From Acidimicrobiia bacterium (GTDB lineage: Bacteria; Actinomycetota; Acidimicrobiia; Spongiisociales; ZC4RG35), in NCBI GenBank assembly GCA_965216905.1, contig OZ244213.1, positions 2,048,699-2,112,698 of the forward strand: a DNA stretch of 64,000 nucleotides, written 5' to 3'. The notes under the pieces were generated by a model. It worked only from the letters and a program-made list of their open reading frames with translations, searched no databases and had not been told where the DNA came from. Of the stretch, positions 1 to 9,800 are shown piece after piece (within the stretch, counting starts at the first letter, position 1; the number at the start of each line of letters is the position of its first letter). The position numbers were made by a program, and so were the translations under genes.

Positions 1-667
1 CACCCACGACCCGCGCCGAGGCCATGCCCATCGAGTCGATGCGGCCGGCGATGTCCCGCAGCTCGACGTACTGACCAACGGTGAATCGCTCCTCTACGTG
101 CCGGCCGGCGGCGATCTGTCGGGAGAGCGGTAGTACGCCGAGTCCGATGCCCAGTCCGAACGCCACGGCGTTGGTGGCCAGGAATGCCCCGAGCACCATG
201 ATCAGGACGTCGGTTGCCAATCCCATCTGCTTCATTGCGATGAGCGTTCCAATGGTGACGATCGACACGACTGTGATACCGCGGAGTCGGGAGGCAATCG
301 CCGGTGACCGGGACCGAATCGACTGTTCCACCACCACCCCGAGCAGCTTCGACAGGACGAATGCCACGATGATGATCAGGGCTCCCACCACGAGCTTGGG
401 GAGGAAGTTGGCGGTGGACAGCAGCAGGTCGGTCCTGATCACCTCGTTGCGGGCCGAGAGGATCAACACCGCCATCACCGTCAACGCCAGCGCCGAGATC
501 GATCGCGAGATGGTCCGGCGGGCGCGTCGATCGATCAGCTCGGCCAGGCGGCCCCGTTTGAGGAGCCGTCGGACCACCAGGTACGCCACGGCGGTGAACG
601 CCAGTGCGCCGGCGACTTCGATGACCAGCCGCACCCAGCCGGGAGAATCGGTGAAGAGGTCCTGCAC
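1..667 (-). CDS. MscS-family small-conductance mechanosensitive channel-like membrane protein (3' end outside window)
   Basis: Not in ORF track because it runs off the edge. Manual translation from GTG 667: VQDLFTDSPGWVRLVIEV...NFLPKLVVGAL...AVAFGLGIGLGVLPLSRQIAAGRHVEERFTVGQYVELRDIAGRIDSMG, a TM helix plus MscS beta-domain pattern. Confidence 0.75.
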   Translation of the reverse strand, partial: MQDLFTDSPGWVRLVIEVAGALAFTAVAYLVVRRLLKRGRLAELIDRRARRTISRSISALALTVMAVLILSARNEVIRTDLLLSTANFLPKLVVGALIIIVAFVLSKLLGVVVEQSIRSRSPAIASRLRGITVVSIVTIGTLIAMKQMGLATDVLIMVLGAFLATNAVAFGLGIGLGVLPLSRQIAAGRHVEERFTVGQYVELRDIAGRIDSMGMASARVVG

Positions 668-740
668 GGGCGGCGAGTGTAGTGGGCACGGCCGCCCCCA
701 GCCTCGGGTCGCCGGCGGCGCACTTCCCTCCCGGCCGGTC

Positions 741-1103
741 TCAGGACCGGTCGTCGCCCTTGGACTCGGGTCGATGGGGAGTGTCGCCGCCACCGTTCGT
801 CGAGTGCCCGTCGGCCGATTCCTCGGCGGCCTCGAATCGGGAGACGCGGAAGAGATAGTGGGGTATGGCGCGACCCATCGCCAGGCCCACGTCGATGGTG
901 GTGGTGGCGGTGTTCGACACGAACTTGTGGAATCGGAGGCTGCGCACGATCGTCGGGGCGAAGTCGCGCGGCAACTCGTCGTCCCAGATCTCCTCGAGTG
1001 CGCGGAGATACTCGGGATTGTCGAAGATGATCGCTTCGAGAGAATCGTCCTCCCCATATGCGAAGCGTTCGATATCCAACCGGGTCAGGTGCCGGCTACT
1101 CAT
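741..1103 (-). CDS. Small protein coupled to ECF sigma; putative anti-sigma factor
   Basis: ATG 1103 overlaps the sigma stop codon (ATGA); 120 aa, MSSRHLTRLDIERFAYG...; function inferred from position only. Confidence 0.55.
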   Translation of the reverse strand: MSSRHLTRLDIERFAYGEDDSLEAIIFDNPEYLRALEEIWDDELPRDFAPTIVRSLRFHKFVSNTATTTIDVGLAMGRAIPHYLFRVSRFEAAEESADGHSTNGGGDTPHRPESKGDDRS

Positions 1104-1642
1104 GCGGTCACCTCCAGCATCGTTTCCAGTGACGCTCGGGCCCGGTGGATCCGCGAACGGACCGTGTTCAGCGGGATCGAGAGCCGGGTTGCGATCTCGT
1201 CGTACGTGGCGTCGTGATACTCGCGAAGGACGAGCGGGACGCGGAGCGCCTCCGGAAGCTTGGCGATCGCGGTGCGAACTCGCCTGACGTCCGCCGCCCG
1301 AAGCACGTGTGACTCGGGTGATCCGGTGAGGTCGATCGTCTCCGGCATGGATGCCGCCGGCTGCTCGCGGTTGCGGGTCACGGCGTTGAGCGCCAGGTTG
1401 GTGGCGATCCGGTAGAGCCACGCTCGCACTTCGCCGTCGCCCCGGTAGTCACCGATCGCCCGGTGTGCCCGGAGGAACGCATCTTGGGCGATGTCTTCGG
1501 CGAGGGCGTGATTTCTCGTGACTCGCAACGCCGCCCCGAACACGAACCCTTGATGGCGCTCCACGATGACTCCGAATGCCCGCGGGTCGTCGGCCGCCAC
1601 CTCGAGCAGCTGATCGTCGGCCATGTCGACATAGGAAGGCAT
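1100..1642 (-). CDS. ECF sigma-70 family RNA polymerase sigma factor
   Basis: Region 2 AEDIAQDAFLRA...WLYRIATN; region 4 LVLREYHDATYDEIATRLSIPLNTVRSRIHRAR. Confidence 0.93.
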   Translation of the reverse strand: MPSYVDMADDQLLEVAADDPRAFGVIVERHQGFVFGAALRVTRNHALAEDIAQDAFLRAHRAIGDYRGDGEVRAWLYRIATNLALNAVTRNREQPAASMPETIDLTGSPESHVLRAADVRRVRTAIAKLPEALRVPLVLREYHDATYDEIATRLSIPLNTVRSRIHRARASLETMLEVTA

Positions 1643-1671
1643 CGCGGTCCTGTTTCTACCCGTTCCTGAGA

Positions 1672-1699
1672 GTGACACCACAGTCCGTCCAGAAGTTTC
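1672..1699 (-). promoter_or_regulatory. ECF-type promoter GAAACTT-N16-GTCAC upstream of the sigma gene
   Basis: Resembles the GGAACTT-N16-GTC ECF consensus; twin motif on the opposite strand. Confidence 0.6.
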
Positions 1700-1757
1700 G
1701 AGGAATTCCCTCGGTCGGACCGGTCCGTGCAGATTTGAGCGATCGCTGCAATTTCTT

Positions 1758-1785
1758 GGAACTTTCCGCGCGTGGGTCGTGTCGA
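1758..1785 (+). promoter_or_regulatory. ECF-type promoter GGAACTT-N16-GTCGA upstream of the TM-helix gene
   Basis: Direct motif match 26 nt before ATG 1812. Confidence 0.65.
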
Positions 1786-1811
1786 GGGGGTGGAGGAGAG
1801 AAGGAGACACA

Positions 1812-2519
1812 ATGTTGGTGGCACAGATCGACACTTCGTTCTTGGATCGGCTCTGGGAGTCGTTCGCCGAACTCGGGTCCGACATCGGGAACTTCGTGCC
1901 GCGGCTGTTGGCCGCCATTCTGGTGTTCGTGGTGGGTCGCTGGATCGCCGGATGGGTGCGACGTCTCGCCGAGAAGGGCCTCGGCAAGCTGGGAGTCGAC
2001 CGGCTCGCCGCCGCCGGTGGTGTCGATGGGATGCTGCGGCAGGCCGGCACCACGCCGGTCCGGCTGATCGCTCAGGTCCTGTACTACCTGGTGCTGTTGG
2101 TGTTTCTCCAGGTGGCTGCCGAGGTTCTCGGCATCGATCAGCTGACTTCGCTGCTCTCCACGCTCATCGGGTACCTCCCGCTGGTCATCGTGGCGATCGC
2201 CATCATGTTCGTCGCCGGTGCCATCGCCAATTGGGTTGCCCGGATGATCCGGCCGTTCGCCGAGTCACGCGGGCTGGGCTGGATCGACAACGTCGCCCGC
2301 TGGGCGATCTTGGTGATCGGGTTCCTGGCAGCGATGGACACCCTCAACTTCGCACCTGAGGTGATGACCAGGATTCAGAACACGCTGCTGCAGTACCTGC
2401 CGCTGTCGGTGCTGATCGCAGGGACCATCGCTTTCGGTGTCGGTGGAATCGAGACCGCCAGGGAGTGGTGGAGGCGGTACTTGAGTCCCAAAGGCGGCCG
2501 CACGTCCAGTGGTGTCTGA
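1812..2519 (+). CDS. Conserved TM-helix repeat membrane protein (MscS-associated/CmpX-like)
   Basis: RBS AAGGAG; repeats FVPRLLAAILVFVVG and YLPLVIVAIAIMFVA; AFGVGG near the C-terminus. Confidence 0.8.
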   Translation: MLVAQIDTSFLDRLWESFAELGSDIGNFVPRLLAAILVFVVGRWIAGWVRRLAEKGLGKLGVDRLAAAGGVDGMLRQAGTTPVRLIAQVLYYLVLLVFLQVAAEVLGIDQLTSLLSTLIGYLPLVIVAIAIMFVAGAIANWVARMIRPFAESRGLGWIDNVARWAILVIGFLAAMDTLNFAPEVMTRIQNTLLQYLPLSVLIAGTIAFGVGGIETAREWWRRYLSPKGGRTSSGV

Positions 2520-2708
2520 TCTCGGTCCAGCCCCCAGGCTCGAGATCACAACACGGGGCTGCGGCCGGACGAGTCGGCGTCGGGTGAGAGATGGAGGGGT
2601 CTCCACCCGGCGCCGGTTCGCCGGTTCGTAAGGGCACTATCCGAATGCGGAGGGCGGGTCGAGTGTCCTCGTCGCCGCGGACTCGGTCTCGGTAGCATTC
2701 ACCGCGAC

Positions 2709-5700
2709 ATGACCACCCACGACGACGCAATCACCCGCGACGAAGACCAGTTCGGTTCCAACGAATGGCTCATCGATGAGATGCGGGAGCGCTTCGAGGC
2801 AGATCCATCCGCGGTGAGCGAGTCTTGGCGGGAGTTCTTCGCGGCGAACGGCGTTGGTTCGGAGTCGAACGCATCGCCTCCGCCAGCAAGCCAGACCACG
2901 GCACCGCCCGCCCCCGATGTGCCGGCTCCCGAAGCGCCCGCTCCGGATATGCCGGCTCCGGAAGCCCCGGTTCCGGAAGCCCCGGTTCCGGACGCCCCGG
3001 CGCCCGCCGCCGCCCGGCCCCCGACGGCGCCGCCCCCTGCGAAGCCCGCGACGGAAGGCTCGGCCACCGGCTCGACTCCGTCGCCCGACGGTCGGGTCGA
3101 ACCCGAAGCCGCCTCCGAGGGCTCCGAGACCGTGGAGCGGTCACCACTCGTGGGGATCACCGCCACCATCGCCAAGCGAATGGACGAGTCGCTCGAGGTT
3201 CCGACGGCGACCTCGGTCCGCACCATCCCGTCGAAGCTGCTCGAGGTCAACCGGCTCATCCTGAACAATCAGTTGAAGCGGCTGATCCGGGGAGGGAAGG
3301 TCAGTTTCACGCATCTGATCGGCTACGCGGTCGCACGGGCGATGGCCGAGCTTCCGGGGATGAACGTCAGCTACGAGGAGATCGACGGAAAGCCACACCG
3401 GCTCGCTCGGAACCAGGTGAACCTGGGTTTGGCCATCGACGTCGAGCGCCCCGACGGCACCCGCGTGCTCCTGGTTCCCAACATCAAAGGAGCGGACGCA
3501 TTGGATTTCCGCTCCTTCTGGCATGCGTACGAGCGGATCGTCGAGAAGGCGCGACGCAACAAGCTGGAATTGTCGGACTTCGCCGAGACCACCGCCACCC
3601 TCACCAACCCGGGCACCATCGGCACCGTCCAGTCGGTGCCACGGCTCATGCCCGACCAAGGGCTGATCGTCGGCGTCGGCGCCATTGCGTATCCGCCCGA
3701 GTATCAGGCGGCGGACCCGGGGTACCTCGCCCGGACCGGCATCGGTCGCGTCATCACGATCACTTCGACGTACGACCACCGGGTCATTCAGGGGGCGCAG
3801 TCCGGCGAGTTCCTGAAGCGAATCCACGAGCTGCTGCTCGGTGAGGACCGCTTCTACGACGACATCTTTCGATCGCTGGACATGCCCTATACGCCGGCAC
3901 GGTGGGCAACCGACGACAATCCACCGCCGGGATCGTCACGCTGGTCGGAGAAGCAGGCCAACGTGTTCTGGCTCATCAACGCTTACCGGGTGCGCGGGCA
4001 TCTCATCGCCGATCTCGACCCGCTCCGCCAGAAGCCTCCGCAGATGTACAAAGAGCTGGATCCCCTTCACTACGGCTTGACGATCTGGGACCTGGAGCGT
4101 GAGTACGCCACCGGCGGCCTCGGCGACGCCAACGTGATGACGCTCGGCCGCATCCTGTCGGTGCTGCGCGACGCCTACTGCCGCACGGTCGGCATCGAGT
4201 ACATGCACATCCAGGAGACCTCCCAGAAGGCCTGGGTCCAGCGTCAAGTGGAGGTCCAACACGACGGTCCTTCCCGCGAGGAGCGGATTCGCATCCTCCA
4301 CAAGCTGAACCAGGCGGAGGCATTCGAGAAGTTCCTCCACACCAAGTACGTCGGTCACAAGCGTTTCGGTCTGGAAGGGGCCGAGAGCCTCATCCCGATG
4401 CTCGACGCGATCGCCGGCGCCGCCGCCGCAGACGGGATGGACGAGGTGGTCATCGGCATGGCGCACCGCGGTCGGCTGAACGTGCTCGCCAACATCATCG
4501 GCAAGGGCTACGACAAGATCTTCCGTGAGTTCGAGGGCGACCTCGATCCGGAGACCACCGGCGGGTCGGGCGACGTGAAGTATCACCTCGGGGCCACCGG
4601 GAAATACGACACCGAAGACGGACCGATCGGGGTCGAGGTCGTCGCCAACCCCAGCCATCTCGAGGCCGTCGACCCGGTGCTCGAGGGCGTCGTGCGGGCC
4701 AAGCAGGAACGTCGCGGGCCGGCCGGACACACCGAGGTCCTCCCGGTGTTGATCCACGGCGATGCGGCCTTCGCCGGCCAGGGAGTGGTGGTGGAGACCT
4801 TCAACCTCTCCCAGCTGCGGGGGTACCGCACCGGCGGGACGGTACACATCGTCATCAACAACCAGGTCGGCTTCACCACCTCCACCCTCGATGCACGATC
4901 GAGTTTCTACGCGACCGATGTCGCCAAGACGGTGCAAGCGCCGATCATCCACGTCAATGGCGACGATCCGGAGGCGGTGGCCAGGGTGGCGAGGCTGGCA
5001 TTCGCCTTCCGCCAGACATTCCACAAAGACGTCGTGATCGACATGATCTGCTACCGCCGTCGCGGCCACAACGAGGGAGATGAGCCCTCCTACACCCAAC
5101 CCCTCATGTACAAGCTCATCGAGGAGCACGAGTCGGTCCGCACGCTCTACCTGCGCCGTCTGGTGGGGACGGGGGAGCTGTCGATGGAGGACGGCGAGCA
5201 GTTGCTCAACGAGTTCCGCGGGTTGATGGAGGCCGCCTTCCAGGAGACCCGAACGTCCGAACCGCGCACCGGGAACTCGTCCACGCCTGAACCTCGAGTG
5301 GAGGTCGAGGCTGCCACCGCGGTGGCGGAGTCGGAGCTGCGCGAGATCCTGTCCTACCTGACGCAGCCGCCCGAGGGCTTCGAGGTCCATCCCAAGCTGC
5401 GGAAGCTGCTGACCGATCGTGCCGCGGTCTTCGAATCGGGCGTGGTCGACTGGGCGACCGCCGAGGCGTTGGCGTTCGGCTCGTTGGCGCGGCAGGGGGT
5501 GCCGGTCCGGCTCGCCGGCGAGGACTCCCGGCGCGGCACCTTCAGCCATCGGCATGCCGAGCTCACGGATTTCAACACGGGGGAGGACTGGATTCCGCTG
5601 CAGACGATGACCGCCCCGGAGACCCGGGTCAGAATCGTCGACTCGCTCCTCAGTGAATTCGCAGCGGTGGGGTTCGAGTACGGCTACTCGGTGGAGTGGC

Positions 5701-6458
5701 CGGAGGCGTTTGTCCTGTGGGAGGCACAGTTCGGCGACTTCGCCAACGGTGCGCAGGTGGTGGTGGACCAGTTCATCGCCGCCGGGGAGGCAAAGTGGGG
5801 ACAGCAGAGTCTCCTGACCATGCTGCTTCCGCATGGGTACGAGGGCCAGGGTCCGGAGCATTCCAGTGCTCGCATCGAGCGGTACTTGGAGCTGTGCGCC
5901 GAAGACAATCTGCGAGTGGTCATTCCCGCGACCAGCGGCCAGTACTTCCATCTGCTGCGACGCCAGGCTCTGCTTCGTCCCGCCAAGCCACTGATCGTTT
6001 TCACTCCCAAATCGTTGCTGCGGGCGAAGCCCGCCTTCAGCCCGACGAGGTGGTTGTCGGAAGGACGGTTCGAGCCGGTCGTGCTGGAGGATCGGGAACG
6101 AGCTCCGGACCGGCTCGTGCTCTGTGCCGGCAAGGTGTACCACGACCTGGTGAAGCTGAGGGACGAGCGGGACCTCGGCGGCGTCGAGATCGTCCGGCTC
6201 TCCCAGTTGTATCCGCTGCCGTCCGATCAGCTGGCCGAGATTGCAGACCGGGTCGGGGACGCCACGCTGGTGTGGTGTCAAGAGGAGCCCGAGAACATGG
6301 GTGCCTACCGGTTCGTGTGGCCGCGGCTTCGAGAAGTGTTCGGCCGCGAACCGGAGTACGCCGGCCGCCCGGCCGCAGCCAGCACCGCCACCGGATCGGC
6401 CAAGGTGCACGCCGCCCAGCAGCAAGCCCTGGTGCGGGCGGGTCTCGGCCTCGGCTGA
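2709..6458 (+). CDS. kgd: Multifunctional 2-oxoglutarate decarboxylase/dehydrogenase (actinobacterial Kgd/OdhA, E2-E1 fusion)
   Basis: N-terminal FGSNEWLIDEM; Pro/Ala linker; YDHRVIQGAQSG; GMAHRGRLN; ThDP motif HGDAAFAGQG; WEAQFGDFANGAQ. Confidence 0.97.
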   Translation: MTTHDDAITRDEDQFGSNEWLIDEMRERFEADPSAVSESWREFFAANGVGSESNASPPPASQTTAPPAPDVPAPEAPAPDMPAPEAPVPEAPVPDAPAPAAARPPTAPPPAKPATEGSATGSTPSPDGRVEPEAASEGSETVERSPLVGITATIAKRMDESLEVPTATSVRTIPSKLLEVNRLILNNQLKRLIRGGKVSFTHLIGYAVARAMAELPGMNVSYEEIDGKPHRLARNQVNLGLAIDVERPDGTRVLLVPNIKGADALDFRSFWHAYERIVEKARRNKLELSDFAETTATLTNPGTIGTVQSVPRLMPDQGLIVGVGAIAYPPEYQAADPGYLARTGIGRVITITSTYDHRVIQGAQSGEFLKRIHELLLGEDRFYDDIFRSLDMPYTPARWATDDNPPPGSSRWSEKQANVFWLINAYRVRGHLIADLDPLRQKPPQMYKELDPLHYGLTIWDLEREYATGGLGDANVMTLGRILSVLRDAYCRTVGIEYMHIQETSQKAWVQRQVEVQHDGPSREERIRILHKLNQAEAFEKFLHTKYVGHKRFGLEGAESLIPMLDAIAGAAAADGMDEVVIGMAHRGRLNVLANIIGKGYDKIFREFEGDLDPETTGGSGDVKYHLGATGKYDTEDGPIGVEVVANPSHLEAVDPVLEGVVRAKQERRGPAGHTEVLPVLIHGDAAFAGQGVVVETFNLSQLRGYRTGGTVHIVINNQVGFTTSTLDARSSFYATDVAKTVQAPIIHVNGDDPEAVARVARLAFAFRQTFHKDVVIDMICYRRRGHNEGDEPSYTQPLMYKLIEEHESVRTLYLRRLVGTGELSMEDGEQLLNEFRGLMEAAFQETRTSEPRTGNSSTPEPRVEVEAATAVAESELREILSYLTQPPEGFEVHPKLRKLLTDRAAVFESGVVDWATAEALAFGSLARQGVPVRLAGEDSRRGTFSHRHAELTDFNTGEDWIPLQTMTAPETRVRIVDSLLSEFAAVGFEYGYSVEWPEAFVLWEAQFGDFANGAQVVVDQFIAAGEAKWGQQSLLTMLLPHGYEGQGPEHSSARIERYLELCAEDNLRVVIPATSGQYFHLLRRQALLRPAKPLIVFTPKSLLRAKPAFSPTRWLSEGRFEPVVLEDRERAPDRLVLCAGKVYHDLVKLRDERDLGGVEIVRLSQLYPLPSDQLAEIADRVGDATLVWCQEEPENMGAYRFVWPRLREVFGREPEYAGRPAAASTATGSAKVHAAQQQALVRAGLGLG

Positions 6459-6535
6459 GGCCCACCCGCCCAATTCTCGGCGAAGCATGTAACGCCGTCC
6501 GGTGACGGGCGACTGTCCACTTCGGGAGTGGCATT

Positions 6536-6597
6536 GACCGCCTGGTCGGTACGTTGCCGGAGACTGGGACTCGGGAGGCGTACTCGACCAGGCGGTC
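6536..6597. other. Long intergenic inverted repeat (possible kgd terminator or processing stem)
   Basis: GACCGCCTGGTCG-GTACG ... CGTAC-T-CGACCAGGCGGTC. Confidence 0.55.
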
Positions 6598-6831
6598 CTG
6601 CTCAAGGATACGACCTCTGGCAGCCTCGATTGCCGTCCTCCGCCTCGAATGATTCGTTCGACTCATCCGCGCCTGTTCGGCGAATCCTGTTCGTGACTAG
6701 TTCCAATGTGTGCCAAAGATTTAGCCATACAGCTTTCAACAAAGTTGGAATGCAGCGCGTAGCTTCAGGAGCAGGGACAGGGGCCTGTTCGGGCCCGGGG
6801 ACGTCGGAGCCAAACACAGGAGGGCACAAGG

Positions 6832-9800
6832 GTGGGACACTCAGGAAAGACACGTCGCTTTCGCGCGCGTATCGGAGTACTTTCGGTCATCTCGCTGATT
6901 GCGACCCTGGTGCCGCTCGGCACCCTCCCGGCGGTAGCCGCACCGATACCACCCGAAGCCATCGTGCTCGACACCGGTGGAGCGGACGACTGGACGAACC
7001 CGAATCGGGCAGACCTCAGCCAGATGGGATCGGTTGACGACGGAACGACCATCTCGGTGATCTACTCGATCGACGACACCGATCTCACCTCGGGAGGTGA
7101 AGAGGTTCAGGGGTGCTCTCTCTACGACACCAACGGCAACGGCGAAGTCGACTACGCCTTGTGTCACACCTTCAGCGACGGCGTCATCGAGGGCCCAACC
7201 CTCTACTCCTGCACCGACGGGTTTCAGGACAAGTGCAAGAACCCCGCTGAGATCACGAACCACGACGCAGTGTGTACGACCTCGACGGCTGCACCCGACC
7301 CCTTCGCCGACGACCCTGACCATCAGGCAGCCGGCGGGCAGGTCGCCCCAAGCCCGGACACCGACTTCCTCGTCGACTGCGAAATCTCGACGACCTTTGT
7401 GGGCGGCGGCTCTCTGATCAACGTGTGTACGTATCCGGCCGGTCCACCCAACAGTGACGCAAAGGACTGCGTGGTCGCAGCTGGTGACGGGTTTCTCGTC
7501 GTCAACAAGGTCGCTACCGGTGGTGATGCCACCTTCGACTTCACGATCGACGGGTCTCCGACGCAGATAACGACTTCAGGCGGAACCGGGACTACCGGGA
7601 TCATCGCGGTGGCGCCGGACACGCACACCGTCGAGGAGACTGCGCCTGCCGGTTGGCAGCTCGACTCTGCCTCCTGTGACAACGGTGACGATCCCATCTC
7701 GGTGAGTGTGACTCCCGGGCAGACCGTCACCTGTACCTTCTACAACTCCTTGCAGGCTGCCACCCTCACGCTCGTCAAGCAGGTCGTGAACGACTACGGC
7801 ACCCCGCTGGCGGCCGACCAGTGGACGTTGTCCGCCGGGGACGCTCTCAGTGGAACGTCGGGTGTGTCGGGCGAGGTACTCCCCGGCACCTACCCGTTGA
7901 GCGAGTCTTCTTCCAACCCGGCGGCGTCCGAATACGCGCTCACCTCGCTCGACTGTGGCGCCGGTGAGGTCACCGAGGTGACACTCGCAGCGGGCGACGA
8001 CGTCACCTGCACTTTCGTGAACACGTTCCAGGCCGCCCCCGCGCTCGGCATCGACAAGGTGGTCACCGGGGTCGATACGGCCGGCAACGGTGTCATCGAC
8101 GCCGCCGGCGATGTGATCGACTATCAGATCACGGCCACCAACGACGGCAACATCGCCTTGACCAACGTGACCGTCACCGACCCGTTGCTGGGCACGTTGG
8201 ACTGCACTCCCACCCAGCCGGCGACACTGGCTCCGGGTGAGTCCATCGTCTGCGACGGCTCCTATACGGTCACACAGGCCGACCTCGACGACAATGGCGG
8301 CGGTGACGGCGATATCGACAACACCGCCACCGCCGACTCGGACGAGACCGGCCCGGCGAACGACTCCGAGGCCGTTCCGCTCTCGCAGACGGCATCGCTG
8401 GCGATCGACAAGACGTCGGCAACGACATCGATCTCTGAGCCGGGCACGATCAACTACACGATCACGGCGTGGAACACAGGCAACGTGACCCTGACCGGTG
8501 TGACGGTGGATGACCCGTTGCTCGGTGCCCTGTCGTGCACCTGGCCCGGTGCCGACGGTGTGCTTCCGGTCGGTGACAGCGTTGCCGGAGGCGGCGACAC
8601 GGTCACGTGTACCGGCTCATACGAAGCCTCACAGGCCGACATCGATGCCGGTGAGGACATCGTGAACACGGCCGCGGCGGACTCCAATGAAACCGGCGAG
8701 GTCACCGACGACCACACCGTCACGATCACGCAGACGCCGAACGCTGACGTCGAGAAGTCGGCGGATGTCGCGTACTACTCGGCGGTTGGTGATGTGATCG
8801 ACTACACCATTTCCGTCCAGAACACCGGGAATGTGTCTTTGTCGCAGGCTGATGTCGAGGCGACCTTGTCCGACGAGCTCAATGGTGTGGATGTGACCGG
8901 CGATTTGGCTGGTCCGTTCACCGATGCGGCAGGAACGAATCCGGCTGCTGGAGATCTCGCGGTTGACGGCCACTGGTACTACACGTACTCGTACACGATC
9001 GTCGAAGCAGATGTGGCCGACGGTTCGTCTGTCACCAATGTCGTCTGTATCGACGTTGACGGCGATGGCACCGAGGACTGTTCGACGGTCGAGACTCCGC
9101 TGGCCGCCCTGGCCATCGTCAAGACGGTCACCGCCGTCGACGGGGATGAGAACGGTCTCGCCGACTCGGTCGGTGACGTCATCGAGTACCAGATCGTCGT
9201 GACCAACACCGGCCAGATCGATCTCTCACCCGACGTGACGGACCTCCTCACCCAGAGTGGCGTGGAGCTCACGCTGGACGATCCTCCGGGGCTGGTGGGT
9301 CCGGATGAGTCCCAAGGCGACGACGGCGTGATGGAACCCACCGAGACGTGGACGTACACCGCCCAGTACACGGTGGATCAGGCCAATCTCGATGACGGTG
9401 GCAGCATCGTCAACGAGGCGTGTGCGCTGAACGTCGATCCGGCGGTGGCCGAGGTCTGCTCGGACGTGTCCACTCCGATCGTGCAGTTGCCGAACGCGAC
9501 CATCTCCAAGACGGCCGACACCTACTACTTCTCGGCCGTGGGGGATGTGATCGATTACACGCTGCTGGTTCAGAACACGGGGAATGTGTCGTTGTCCGAG
9601 GCGGACCTCGATCTGGTCGATGAGCTGAACGGTGAGGTCGTGACGCTGGATGGTCCGTTCACCGATGCCGCGGGCACGGTGGCTGCGACCGGTGATCTGG
9701 CGCCGCTTGGTGTGTGGTACTTCACCTACTCATACACGGTGGATGCCGACGACATCGCCGCCGGTTCGGTGGGCAATGTGGTGTGCCTCGACGCCGATGG

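Noticed and set aside
2910-3010. 15-bp repeats in kgd (APEAP), and Thr-codon repeats at 53845-53925
   Set aside because: Ordinary low-complexity protein linkers
3936-6605. Long antisense ORFs (also 11503-13716, 21294-23666, 34475-36418, 54098-56023, 55806-58109)
   Set aside because: Shadow frames of well-supported high-GC genes; low-complexity Arg/Gly/Val-rich translations without motifs
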